Below, one piece after another: positions 28,699 through 38,074 of a stretch of DNA of 64,000 nucleotides. Source of the stretch: an uncultured Pelagibacteraceae bacterium (lineage in GTDB: Bacteria; Pseudomonadota; Alphaproteobacteria; Pelagibacterales; Pelagibacteraceae); the NCBI GenBank assembly GCA_902538915.1, contig CACBGZ010000001.1:181108-245107 (forward strand), given 5' to 3'. Both the position numbers and the translations under genes were made by a program. The notes under the pieces are model-generated. The model had not been told where the DNA came from. It did not search any database and saw nothing but the letters and a program-made list of their open reading frames with translations. Each line of letters opens with the position of its first letter. Position 1 is the stretch's first letter.

Positions 28699-29904
28699 AT
28701 GAAAGATTTATTAAATAAAAGAATTCTTTTTATAATATGTGGTGGTATTTCAGCCTACAAAAGTCTTGAAATAATAAGGATGTTTAAAAATCATAACGCT
28801 CAAATAAAAACAATTCTTACAAAAAATGCTAAGGAATTTGTGACGCCATTGTCTGTAGCTTCCTTATCTAAAGGTAAAGTCTATGATGATTTATTTAGTT
28901 TAGAAAATGAGGCAGAAATGGATCATATTTCTCTTTCTAGATGGGCCGATGTAATAATCATCGCTCCAGCAACCGCTAACACTATCTCTAAACTTAGCCA
29001 AGGTAGTTCAGATGATTTAGCCTCTACAGTTACATTAGCATCTAATAAACAAGTTTTTTTAGCTCCAGCAATGAATGTAAGAATGTGGGAACACAAATCT
29101 ACACAAATTAATTTAAAAAAATTGAAAAGCTTTGGCTATAAAATTATAGGCCCTGAAATAGGCGATATGGCCTGTGGCGAATATGGTAAAGGTAAAATGT
29201 CTGATCCTTTAGTTATATATAAGGAAATTCAGAATTTTCTATTTAACAAAATTAAAAATAATAAATTTAAGGCATTGGTGACCGCAGGTCCAACGAATGA
29301 GTATATAGATCCTGTAAGATTTATTACAAATAAATCAAGCGGTCGACAAGGTTATGAAATTGCTAAATCCCTCCATAAAAGGGGCTTTGATACAACGCTA
29401 ATATCTGGACCAACAAACCTAAGAGTTGATGAAGATATTAAATTAATCAAGGTTGAAACAGCAGAAGAAATGTTCAAAGCAACTCAAAAAAGCCTACCAA
29501 CAGATATAGCTATATTTGCTGCTGCAGTTGCTGATTTTAAACTAAGGGATAAACAAAAGGAGAAAATTAAAAAAATTGAAAATTTAACATTAAATTTAGA
29601 AAAAAATATCGACATTTTGAATTATATATCCAATCATAATTTTATGAGGCCAAAAATTGTTGTGGGTTTTGCCGCTGAAACATCAAATTTAGAAAAAAAT
29701 GCAGCTGAAAAATTAAAAAATAAAAATTGTGATTGGATAATTGCTAATGATGTTTCAAAAGATGAAAGTGGTTTTAATACTGAGCATAATGAAATTACAA
29801 TTTTCTACAAGGACAAAAAAATGAAAACAGAAAAAATTTCATTAAGAAAAAAATCGGAGATATCTGAAGAAATTGTAGATAGAATAGTTGCACAGATAAA
29901 TTAA
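28699..29904 (+). CDS. coaBC: Bifunctional phosphopantothenoylcysteine decarboxylase/ligase
   Basis: GGISAYKS, APAMNVRMW and IDPVRFITNKSSG motifs. Confidence 0.96.
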   Translation: MKDLLNKRILFIICGGISAYKSLEIIRMFKNHNAQIKTILTKNAKEFVTPLSVASLSKGKVYDDLFSLENEAEMDHISLSRWADVIIIAPATANTISKLSQGSSDDLASTVTLASNKQVFLAPAMNVRMWEHKSTQINLKKLKSFGYKIIGPEIGDMACGEYGKGKMSDPLVIYKEIQNFLFNKIKNNKFKALVTAGPTNEYIDPVRFITNKSSGRQGYEIAKSLHKRGFDTTLISGPTNLRVDEDIKLIKVETAEEMFKATQKSLPTDIAIFAAAVADFKLRDKQKEKIKKIENLTLNLEKNIDILNYISNHNFMRPKIVVGFAAETSNLEKNAAEKLKNKNCDWIIANDVSKDESGFNTEHNEITIFYKDKKMKTEKISLRKKSEISEEIVDRIVAQIN

Positions 29905-30341
29905 TGGTTAAAGTTTTAATTAAAAAACTTGATCCAACTGTACAATTACCTGAATACAAAACCAATGGAGCATCAGGTGTTGACTTAACAGCATTTATTA
30001 AAGAAACCATTAACCTAAAACCTAAAAAATCTGTTTTAGTTCCTACAGGATTATCTGTGGCTTTCTCTGAGGATTTTGAAATTCAAATAAGACCAAGATC
30101 AGGCTTAGCAGCCAAAAAAAATATAAGTGTTTTGAATACTCCTGGAACAATTGATAGTGACTACAGAGGAGAAATAAAAGTCATTATTTATAATCATGGT
30201 AATGAAAATTTCTTGATAAGTAATGGTGATAGAATTGCTCAAATGATATTAACACCTGTATTAAAGATGGAATTAGAAGAAGTAAATAATTTACCTGAAT
30301 CTATGAGAGGAGAAGGTGGGTTTGGCTCTACAGGTAAATGA
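29904..30341 (+). CDS. dut: dUTP diphosphatase
   Basis: RPRSGLA, GTIDSDYRGE and RGEGGFGSTG motifs. Confidence 0.97.
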   Translation: MVKVLIKKLDPTVQLPEYKTNGASGVDLTAFIKETINLKPKKSVLVPTGLSVAFSEDFEIQIRPRSGLAAKKNISVLNTPGTIDSDYRGEIKVIIYNHGNENFLISNGDRIAQMILTPVLKMELEEVNNLPESMRGEGGFGSTGK

Positions 30342-31087
30342 GTATCAAATTAAATAAATATCAAATAGAAAGATTTTCAAGACAGATTGTCTTAAAAGAC
30401 ATTGGAGTCCTAGGCCAAAAAAAAATAATTAAAGCTAAAGTTTTGATCGTTGGCATGGGTGGTTTAGGATGCCCAGCAGCTGAATTTTTAACAAGAGCGG
30501 GTGTAGGGTCATTAGGTATTATTGATCCTGATGATGTAGATTTGTCAAATATTCATCGACAAAGTCTTTTTAATTCTGAAGATTTGAAAAAATCAAAAGT
30601 TTTAGCAGCAAAAAAAAAACTAAAAAAAATCAACCCAAAAACTGATATTAATTGTTACAAAGTTAAGCTAAATAAAAAAAATTGTTCAAATATTATTAAA
30701 AAATATAATTTTGTTATAGATGGCTCAGATAATTTTCAAACTAAACTTTTAATTAACGATTTTTGTAAAAAATTTAGAAAATTTTTAGTTACAGGTGCAA
30801 TTAGTAAGTTTGATGGACATATTTTTACATTTAATTTCAAAAAGATAGGAACGCCATGTATAAGGAGTTTTTTTCAAGAGGACGAGGTTTTTGAAAATAC
30901 ATTAAATTGTGAATATGACGGAGTTTTAGGGACTGTTGCTGGTATTGTTGGTATTTTCCAAGCAAACGAAATTTTAAAAAAAATTTTAAGTATTGGAAAG
31001 GATTTAAATGGTTACATTTTAATTTTAGACTTACTGAATTTAAATTTTAGAAAAGTAAAATTAAACAAATCTAAAAATGTTTTATAA
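30338..31087 (+). CDS. HesA/MoeB/ThiF family adenylyltransferase
   Basis: RFSRQI, GMGGLG, DDVDLSNIHRQ and DGSDN motifs. Confidence 0.9.
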   Translation: MSIKLNKYQIERFSRQIVLKDIGVLGQKKIIKAKVLIVGMGGLGCPAAEFLTRAGVGSLGIIDPDDVDLSNIHRQSLFNSEDLKKSKVLAAKKKLKKINPKTDINCYKVKLNKKNCSNIIKKYNFVIDGSDNFQTKLLINDFCKKFRKFLVTGAISKFDGHIFTFNFKKIGTPCIRSFFQEDEVFENTLNCEYDGVLGTVAGIVGIFQANEILKKILSIGKDLNGYILILDLLNLNFRKVKLNKSKNVL

Positions 31088-31520
31088 GATATCTATAATT
31101 ATTACCTCATTGATTTTTTTTTCAACAGCACTATCAGAAGAAGTATTTCTTTCATTAAAAAAAAATAAGGTAAATGTAAGATATGGCCCAAGCTTTGAGT
31201 CTCCTGTTAAATTTGTTTACAAGAAAATAGATTTACCCATAAAACAGATTGATAAAAAAGAAAATTGGAGAAGAATTATAGATTTTAAAAATAATAGTGG
31301 ATGGATTCATTCCTCACAATTAAAACCTATCAATTCCACTATTTCCTTAAACGACAAAATCTTATTTAACAAACCAACAATCTTTTCAAAACCTGTTGCG
31401 AAAATTAAAAAAGGGAGAGTTTTAACAGTTCAAAATTGTCAAATTAATTGGTGCAAAATTAAAACTGATAGTTTTAAGGGATGGATAAAAAATAAAAATT
31501 TATGGGGAGAAGTAAAATAA
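31077..31520 (+). CDS. Secreted tandem bacterial SH3 domain protein
   Basis: Signal peptide, VNVRYGPS, WRRI.D...GWIH and WCKI...GWI..NLWG. Confidence 0.85.
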   Translation: MFYKISIIITSLIFFSTALSEEVFLSLKKNKVNVRYGPSFESPVKFVYKKIDLPIKQIDKKENWRRIIDFKNNSGWIHSSQLKPINSTISLNDKILFNKPTIFSKPVAKIKKGRVLTVQNCQINWCKIKTDSFKGWIKNKNLWGEVK

Positions 31521-31543
31521 ACTTCTACTTAAATAAAATTTAA

Positions 31544-31723
31544 TTACTTTTGTTGAACGCAGATATCTTTAATTACTGGGGTATTTGCACAATCTCCACA
31601 TTTAGTTTTTTGGACTATGCATCCATCATCAAGAATTTCTACATCAACAACTTTATCACACTTAGAACAAGTTGATGAAATAGTTAATCCACATTTTTTA
31701 CAGTTGTAATTTTCAATATGCAT
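31544..31723 (-). CDS. 59-aa Cys-rich microprotein (three CxxC plus two single Cys), putative metal-binding
   Basis: Manual translation MHIENYNCKKCGLTISSTCSKCDKVVDVEILDDGCIVQKTKCGDCANTPVIKDICVQQK; just under the ORF-track cutoff. Confidence 0.78.
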   Translation of the reverse strand: MHIENYNCKKCGLTISSTCSKCDKVVDVEILDDGCIVQKTKCGDCANTPVIKDICVQQK

Positions 31724-31767
31724 GATGATAAATTAACTATCATAAAAATGAATTCAATTAAAAAACT

Positions 31768-31818
31768 TGAGAATAATTATCATTAGCACATTTTTTTTGA
31801 GAATGATAACTAGTATCA
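31768..31818. promoter_or_regulatory. Two Fur-box-like 7-1-7 inverted repeats
   Basis: TGAGAAT-A-ATTATCA (31768-31782, 13/14 match to TGATAAT-N-ATTATCA) and TGATAAC-T-AGTATCA (31804-31818, 12/14). Confidence 0.65.
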
Positions 31819-31838
31819 AACTTTATCTTATGAAAAAT

Positions 31839-32081
31839 TTATTTATTTTTAGATTTACTCGCCCACCATTTATCTAAAATAAAATACCAAATAGAATTTG
31901 CAATTGGCTCTACTATTGCGTCTGTAAGTGCAATCATGAATGAAACATCGGCTACTAACATTAAAACAGTTATAGCTATCGCAAAGTGTCCAATTGTATA
32001 AATAATGGTTCTTAAAATTGAACCTCTATTGTTTAAATAAATTTGTCCAGCAGCTTTGAATATACCACTAGTTATTTCCAT
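31839..32081 (-). CDS. DUF2061-like small membrane protein
   Basis: SILRTIIYTIGH...AIVEPIAN..WYFILDKWW pattern, recognised from memory. Confidence 0.65.
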   Translation of the reverse strand: MEITSGIFKAAGQIYLNNRGSILRTIIYTIGHFAIAITVLMLVADVSFMIALTDAIVEPIANSIWYFILDKWWASKSKNK

Positions 32082-32677
32082 TATCTTTTAAACGGACTTT
32101 CAAGTACACATGCAACTAAGTGTACTCTAGCCTGTTCTCCACCATTAAAAAAATTATGATATTTTGTATTATTAGTTATCCACACTTTACCATCTGCTGG
32201 AAGGTGTTTTGCTACATTCTCGATAACCATTGAACAACCTTTATTAGTTATTATAGGCACATGTAGTCTGCATTCAGGATCTTTATGCCAACTTAAAGTT
32301 GATCTTGGTTCTTTTAACAAAAGTCTTACTCTACCCAATTTAAATTTATTTCTCAATGTATCGTAAACTTCTTTAAAATAAGTATTTTCAAATTCAGGAA
32401 CTAATTGAGTATATTTAGACTCATCTATGTCGACGTCCCTACAAACCTCTTTTCCAGTTTCGTCTGCAATTGTCCAATATTTTCCTCTTATATTATTTCC
32501 TTCGATAGAACTTTTATCATTCGGAATTTGGTTCAAAGAAATAGCACCAAAATGTGTAACACCAGGAGAATTAAATTTTTTATCTTTTAAAATTTTATCT
32601 AAATCATCTCTTAGTCTTGAAATATCAAAATTAAGGTTAGGTACCTCATAAAAGTCTTCAAAATTTGTTGTTACCAT
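32081..32677 (-). CDS. Aspartyl/asparaginyl beta-hydroxylase-like Fe(II)/2OG dioxygenase domain protein
   Basis: GRVRLL...WHKD (HxD), RLHVPIITN, YHNFFNGG...RVHLV cupin pattern. Confidence 0.78.
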   Translation of the reverse strand: MVTTNFEDFYEVPNLNFDISRLRDDLDKILKDKKFNSPGVTHFGAISLNQIPNDKSSIEGNNIRGKYWTIADETGKEVCRDVDIDESKYTQLVPEFENTYFKEVYDTLRNKFKLGRVRLLLKEPRSTLSWHKDPECRLHVPIITNKGCSMVIENVAKHLPADGKVWITNNTKYHNFFNGGEQARVHLVACVLESPFKR

Positions 32678-32699
32678 ACTTCTATCTCATATTTAAAGT

Positions 32700-34937
32700 T
32701 TAATTCAATTTCAAATCAAATCGATCAGAATTCATTACTTTAACCCACGCGGCAATAAAATCTTTTACAAACTTATCACCTGAATCTTCGCACGCATAAA
32801 CTTCTGCTAAAGCTCTTAATTGAGAATTTGAACCAAAAATCAAATCTACTCTTGTTGCCTTCCATTTAGTTTTTTGAGTTTTTCTATCTTTTCCAATAAA
32901 AGTTTGCTCCGATTTATCCTCTTCTTTCCAAGTGATATTCATATCTAAAAGATTTATAAAATAATCGTTAGTAAGATAACTAGGTCTGTTGGTAAAAACA
33001 CCATGCTTTGAACCGTCAAAGTTTGTATTTAATACTCTCATTCCGCCTATAAGCACAGTCATTTCTGGTGCGGTTAAACCCATCAGTTGAGCCTTATCAA
33101 TTAGTTTCTCCTCTGCAGAAACGTTTGAAATTCCGCCATTGAGATAGTTTCTAAAACCATCTGCTTGTGGTTCTAAAAGGCCAAATGAATTAATATCAGT
33201 CTGATCTTGTCTAGCATCTCCTCTGCCTGCTAAAAATGGAACTTGAACTTTGTAACCAGCTTTTTTTGCAGCCATTTCAATACCTACACCACCAGCTAAT
33301 ACAATTAAGTCAGCCATCGAAACACTTTTATTTTTATTATCAAATTTAGTTTTGATTTTTTTTAAAGCTTGAATTACAGCTGATAATTTCTTTGGGTTGT
33401 TCGCCTTCCAATTTTTTTGTGGTTCTAACATTATTCTTGCACCATTAGCACCACCTCTTTTATCAGATCCTCTGAATGTAGATGCTGAAGCCCATGCAGT
33501 AGATACTAAATCTGAAATTGATATTTTTGATTTAAGGATTTTATTCTTTAGATCTTTGATATCTTTTGATTTAAGTTTATATCTAGGTTTGTCAATTGGG
33601 TCCTGCCAAATTAGTTGTTCTTTTGGAACCTCACTTCCAAGGTAGCAAACTCTTGGTCCCATGTCTCTGTGAGTTAATTTAAACCAAGCTCTCGCAAAAG
33701 CATCATGAAACTCTTTTGGATTTTGATGAAAATGTTTTGTAATAGGTCCATAACTTGGATCAACTTTCATAGAGATGTCCGTTGTTTGCATCATTGGTGG
33801 ATGGAGCACACCTTTCTGATGAGCATCAGGAACCATTTTAATCTCTTGGCCATTTTTCTTAGGCGTCCATTGATGAGCTCCAGCTGGGCTCTTTGTAAGC
33901 TCCCATTCATGTCCATATAAACAATCTAAATAACCCATGTCCCATTTAATTGGATTTTGAGTCCAAGCACCCTCGATACCACTGCTTATTGTATCAACAC
34001 CTTTTCCCGATTTGTATCCACTATTCCATCCAGTTGACTGATCTTGAAGTTTTGATGCTTCAGGATCAGGACCTTTAAATGACTCAGAAGCTGCTCCATG
34101 GGATTTTCCGAATGTATGTCCTCCAGCAACTAATGCAGCTGTCTCATAATCATTCATGGCCATTCTACCAAATGTCTCTCTAATATCGTGGGCTGCAAGT
34201 TTTGGATCAGGGTTGGCGTCAGGTCCTTGCGGATTAACATATATTAAACCCATATGTGAAGCTCCTAACGGTTGTTCTAAATCTCTCTCTCCGCTATATC
34301 TTTCAACACCCAGCATTTCTTTTTCTGAGCCCCAATAAATATCATCTTCTGGCTCCCAGATATCAGTTCTACCAGCTCCAAAACCAAATGTTTTAAAACC
34401 CATTGAGTCTAATGCTACGTTTCCAACAAGTATAAATAAATCTGCCCAAGAAATTTTTCTTCCATACTTCTTTTTAATAGGCCATAAGAGCAATCTAGCT
34501 TTATCTAAATTAACATTATCTGGCCAAGAGTTAAGTGGTGCAAATCTCTGATTTCCTGTTCCAGCTCCACCTCTACCATCTCCAGTTCTATAAGTTCCTG
34601 CAGCATGCCAGGCTAATCTGATAAAAAGTGGACCGTAATGACCATAATCAGCTGGCCACCACTCTTGTGAGTCAGTCATTAATTTTTTTAAATCTTTTTT
34701 TAATGCTTTGTAATTAAGCTTTTTGAATTCTTTAGCATAACTAAATTTTCTATCCATAGGGTTTGATAGATTTGAATGCTGACTAAGAATTTTAAGATTT
34801 AAACTGTTCGGCCAAAAATCTCGTACAGTTTGTCCTCTTCCAGCAGAGAACTTTGCTGGTGTTCCAGCTCCAGTAAATGGACATTTACTCATTTGATTAG
34901 CTTTAAAAGATTTATCTTTAAAATTTTCAGTACTCAT
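32700..34937 (-). CDS. katG: Catalase-peroxidase
   Basis: [33 protein letters not shown] and GGHTFGK motifs. Confidence 0.98.
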   Translation of the reverse strand: MSTENFKDKSFKANQMSKCPFTGAGTPAKFSAGRGQTVRDFWPNSLNLKILSQHSNLSNPMDRKFSYAKEFKKLNYKALKKDLKKLMTDSQEWWPADYGHYGPLFIRLAWHAAGTYRTGDGRGGAGTGNQRFAPLNSWPDNVNLDKARLLLWPIKKKYGRKISWADLFILVGNVALDSMGFKTFGFGAGRTDIWEPEDDIYWGSEKEMLGVERYSGERDLEQPLGASHMGLIYVNPQGPDANPDPKLAAHDIRETFGRMAMNDYETAALVAGGHTFGKSHGAASESFKGPDPEASKLQDQSTGWNSGYKSGKGVDTISSGIEGAWTQNPIKWDMGYLDCLYGHEWELTKSPAGAHQWTPKKNGQEIKMVPDAHQKGVLHPPMMQTTDISMKVDPSYGPITKHFHQNPKEFHDAFARAWFKLTHRDMGPRVCYLGSEVPKEQLIWQDPIDKPRYKLKSKDIKDLKNKILKSKISISDLVSTAWASASTFRGSDKRGGANGARIMLEPQKNWKANNPKKLSAVIQALKKIKTKFDNKNKSVSMADLIVLAGGVGIEMAAKKAGYKVQVPFLAGRGDARQDQTDINSFGLLEPQADGFRNYLNGGISNVSAEEKLIDKAQLMGLTAPEMTVLIGGMRVLNTNFDGSKHGVFTNRPSYLTNDYFINLLDMNITWKEEDKSEQTFIGKDRKTQKTKWKATRVDLIFGSNSQLRALAEVYACEDSGDKFVKDFIAAWVKVMNSDRFDLKLN

Positions 34938-34967
34938 TAATTTCCCCTATGTTTATTAGATTGTAGT

Positions 34968-34996
34968 ACTTTATAATGATTCTAAAAAGGTGTCAA
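34968..34996 (-). promoter_or_regulatory. katG promoter (TTGACA-17-TAAAGT) overlapped by an Irr ICE-like site TTTATAA-TGA-TTCTAAA (34970-34986)
   Basis: 13/14 match to the ICE consensus TTTAGAA-N3-TTCTAAA; irr gene is adjacent. Confidence 0.7.
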
Positions 34997-35034
34997 TTGG
35001 TTTAAAATGACGCTTAAATTATAATTGCAAAAAA

Positions 35035-35433
35035 TTAGTCTTCTAATTTTACAAGAACCTCAACAGACTTAATTTTTTTTCCATTGATTTTTTTTAAAAT
35101 ATTAATTGGACCAACGTCAGCATTTTCTAAGTCTATTAATTTTTCCTCTTTTAAATCATAAAAATGATGATGATCAGAAATATTTGTATCAAAATAAATT
35201 TGATTTGAGTTAATAGGTATCTGTTTTAGATACCCTTTTTTTTCAAAAGCGTGAACAGTATTATAAATTGTTGCTAGAGAAATTTTATCACTTATTTGTT
35301 TCTTTATTTTCTGATCCAAATCGTTGATAGTAAAATGAAACGTTTTTTCCGAATTAAATAGCACTTCACATATTTGAAGTCTTTGTTTTGTAGGACGTAA
35401 TCCAGAATTTCTTAATTTTTCAATATATTTCAC
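35035..35433 (-). CDS. irr: Iron response regulator Irr (Fur family)
   Basis: GLRPTKQR, SLATIYNT and FDTN..DHHHFY (Irr HHH motif); GTG start; divergent from fabA. Confidence 0.88.
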   Translation of the reverse strand: MKYIEKLRNSGLRPTKQRLQICEVLFNSEKTFHFTINDLDQKIKKQISDKISLATIYNTVHAFEKKGYLKQIPINSNQIYFDTNISDHHHFYDLKEEKLIDLENADVGPINILKKINGKKIKSVEVLVKLED

Positions 35434-35451
35434 AATTTAAACGTATTATTA

Positions 35452-35468
35452 ATTAAAATTATTCTAAA
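35452..35468. promoter_or_regulatory. ICE-like site upstream of irr (ATTAAAA-TTA-TTCTAAA)
   Basis: 12/14 match to the ICE consensus, 18 nt upstream of the irr start; AT-rich background lowers its significance. Confidence 0.45.
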
Positions 35469-35527
35469 CTATTGTAAAATTTATATTATATGGTGGTAAA
35501 ATCAAGTAAATAAGAGTACTCAATTTT

Positions 35528-36028
35528 ATGAAAAAAAATTCCTACTCGTACAATGAGCTTATAAATTGTGGAGAAGGTAAATTGTTTGGACCAGGGAATG
35601 CAAAATTACCACTTCCACCAATGCTCATGTTTGATAGAATTACTGAAATTAATGATAATCAAGGTGCTTTTAAAAAAGGTTCGTTAAAGGCAGAACTTGA
35701 AATAAAAAAGAACCTCTGGTTCTTCGATTGTCATTTTAAAGAGGATCCTGTAATGCCTGGATGCCTTGGTTTGGACGCTATGTGGCAATTAGTGGGTTTT
35801 TATTTAGGCTGGATTGGAAATCCAGGAAAAGGTAGGGCCTTAGGTGTTGGAACTGTAAAGTTTACAGGGGAAGTTTTACAGAATGTGAAAATAGTAAAAT
35901 ATGAAATTGATATGAAAAAAATTATGTCACCTGGAGGTACAACAGTAGGTCTAGCCAATGGAGTGGTTTTAGCAGATGAAAAAAAAATATATTCAGCAGA
36001 TAATTTAAAGGTAGGATTATTTAAATAA
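35528..36028 (+). CDS. fabA: 3-hydroxydecanoyl-ACP dehydratase/isomerase
   Basis: [12 protein letters not shown] and [21 protein letters not shown]. Confidence 0.97.
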   Translation: MKKNSYSYNELINCGEGKLFGPGNAKLPLPPMLMFDRITEINDNQGAFKKGSLKAELEIKKNLWFFDCHFKEDPVMPGCLGLDAMWQLVGFYLGWIGNPGKGRALGVGTVKFTGEVLQNVKIVKYEIDMKKIMSPGGTTVGLANGVVLADEKKIYSADNLKVGLFK

Positions 36029-37239
36029 TGAGAAGAGTTGTAATCACGGGACTGGGTATAGTATCTTGTTTAGGAAATAATCAAGATGAAGTTCATCAAT
36101 CATTATTAAACTCAAAATCGGGGATTTCTTTTGCGGAAGAATATAAGGAACATAATTTAAAAAGTCACGTTCATGGAAAACCTAATATTATACTCGAAGA
36201 TCATATAGATAGAAAAACTATTCGATTTATGGGTTCAGGCTCTGCTTATAATTATATAGCAATGAAAGAAGCAATTAAAGATTCTGGTTTAGAAGAAAAA
36301 GAAGTGAGTAGTTTTATGACTGGTATTGTTATGGGTTCCGGAGGGCCTTCAATTGAAAATGTTATTTTGGCTGCAGATAAAACAAGAGCAAAAACTCCAA
36401 AATTAATGGGGCCTTTTATAGTTCCAAGAACTATGGCAAGCACAGCGTCAGCAACTTTAGCAGTTCCATTTAAAATTAAAGGAACAAACTATACAATGAG
36501 CTCTGCATGCGCAACCAGTGGTCATTGCATTGGTAATTCAATGGAATTAATTCAAATGGGAAAACAAGATATTGTTTTCGCTGGGGGGAGTGAAGAAATA
36601 CACTGGGCCATGACAGCCATGTTTGATGCTATGACTGCATTGTCCTCTAAATACAATGAGACTCCTGAAACAGCTTCCAGAGCTTATGATAAAACAAGAG
36701 ATGGGTTTGTAATCGCAGGAGGAGCTGGAGTTCTAGTTCTTGAAGATTACGAACACGCTAAGGCTAGAGGAGCAAAAATATATGCAGAGTTAACTGGTTA
36801 TGGAGCGACTTCAGATGGTTACGATATGGTAGCTCCCTCTGGTGAGGGGGCTGTAAGATGCATGAAAATGGCTATGACAACAGCTAAAAATAAAATTGAT
36901 TATATAAATACTCATGGGACTTCTACTCCTGTTGGGGATATAACAGAACTAAATGCGGTTAAAGAAACTTTTGGAGAAAATATTCCAAAAATAAGTTCAA
37001 CGAAATCATTATCGGGTCATCCATTGGGCGCTGCTTCAGTACATGAGGCTATTTATTGTTTAATTATGATGAAAAATAATTTTATCGCTGGATCAGCGAA
37101 TATAAATGAAATTGATGAAGAAGCTAAAAAATTCCCAATAATTGCAAAAACAGAAACTGGAGCAACATTAAACTCAGTTATGTCTAATAGTTTTGGTTTT
37201 GGTGGAACTAACGCTGCTTTAATTTTTGAAAAGGTTTAA
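36028..37239 (+). CDS. fabB: 3-oxoacyl-ACP synthase I
   Basis: [16 protein letters not shown] and [10 protein letters not shown] motifs; lies in fabA-fabB-fabI order. Confidence 0.95.
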   Translation: MRRVVITGLGIVSCLGNNQDEVHQSLLNSKSGISFAEEYKEHNLKSHVHGKPNIILEDHIDRKTIRFMGSGSAYNYIAMKEAIKDSGLEEKEVSSFMTGIVMGSGGPSIENVILAADKTRAKTPKLMGPFIVPRTMASTASATLAVPFKIKGTNYTMSSACATSGHCIGNSMELIQMGKQDIVFAGGSEEIHWAMTAMFDAMTALSSKYNETPETASRAYDKTRDGFVIAGGAGVLVLEDYEHAKARGAKIYAELTGYGATSDGYDMVAPSGEGAVRCMKMAMTTAKNKIDYINTHGTSTPVGDITELNAVKETFGENIPKISSTKSLSGHPLGAASVHEAIYCLIMMKNNFIAGSANINEIDEEAKKFPIIAKTETGATLNSVMSNSFGFGGTNAALIFEKV

Positions 37240-37242
37240 TTA

Positions 37243-38028
37243 ATGAGCTTAATGAAAGGTAAAAAGGGATTAATTATGGGTGTCGCAAATGAGCGGTCTA
37301 TCGCATGGGGTATTTCACAAAAATTAGCTGATGCTGGTGCTGAACTCGCTTTTACATATTTAGGAGATGCTTTAAAAAAAAGAGTTATTCCTTTAGCAGA
37401 AAAATTAAATTCGAAAGTTACATTCAGCTGTGATGTTGAAAAAAAAGAAGAGATAGTAAAATTATTTGAAAATATCAATTCTCAATGGGGTGAAATTGAT
37501 TTTGTGGTTCATGCAGTTGCATTTTCAGACAAGTCAGAATTATCAGGTGAATATTTAAACACAACTAGAGAAAATTTTTTAAGAAGTATGTTAATTTCAT
37601 GTTTTTCATTTACAGAGGTGGCAAAAGAAGCTTCAAAAATAATGAAACAAGGTGGTAGTCTCCTAACTTTAACTTACGAGTCAACTAAGGCTATACCAAA
37701 TTATAATGTAATGGGTGTTTGCAAATCCGCTTTAGAAGCTAGTGTAAAATACCTAGCTAGAGATTTAGGCGCTGAAGGCATAAGGGTTAATGCAATAAGC
37801 GCTGGACCTATTAAAACCTTGGCAGCCTCTGCTATAGGTGACGCAAAATTCTTATATAAGTGGAATGAGGATCATTCATTTCTTAAAAGAAATGTGGATA
37901 TTCATGATGTTGGTAACTCAGCATTGTATCTATTAAGTAATCTTGCAAATGGTGTGACAGGTGAAATTCACTATGTAGATGCTGGATATAATAAAGTTGG
38001 GATGCCAGATCCTAAAAATATTTCCTGA
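37243..38028 (+). CDS. fabI: Enoyl-ACP reductase
   Basis: GVANERSIAWGI, YNVMGVCK and SAGPIKTLA motifs. Confidence 0.96.
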   Translation: MSLMKGKKGLIMGVANERSIAWGISQKLADAGAELAFTYLGDALKKRVIPLAEKLNSKVTFSCDVEKKEEIVKLFENINSQWGEIDFVVHAVAFSDKSELSGEYLNTTRENFLRSMLISCFSFTEVAKEASKIMKQGGSLLTLTYESTKAIPNYNVMGVCKSALEASVKYLARDLGAEGIRVNAISAGPIKTLAASAIGDAKFLYKWNEDHSFLKRNVDIHDVGNSALYLLSNLANGVTGEIHYVDAGYNKVGMPDPKNIS

Positions 38029-38074
38029 AATTCATTTAAATTTAAGTAAATAAATTAAATTTTCTTATAAGCAA

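Noticed and set aside
30338-31087. ThiF/MoeB enzyme as a RiPP maturase for the nearby Cys-rich peptide
   Set aside because: It is on the opposite strand, coupled to dut in a core operon, and the peptide lacks a C-terminal GG.
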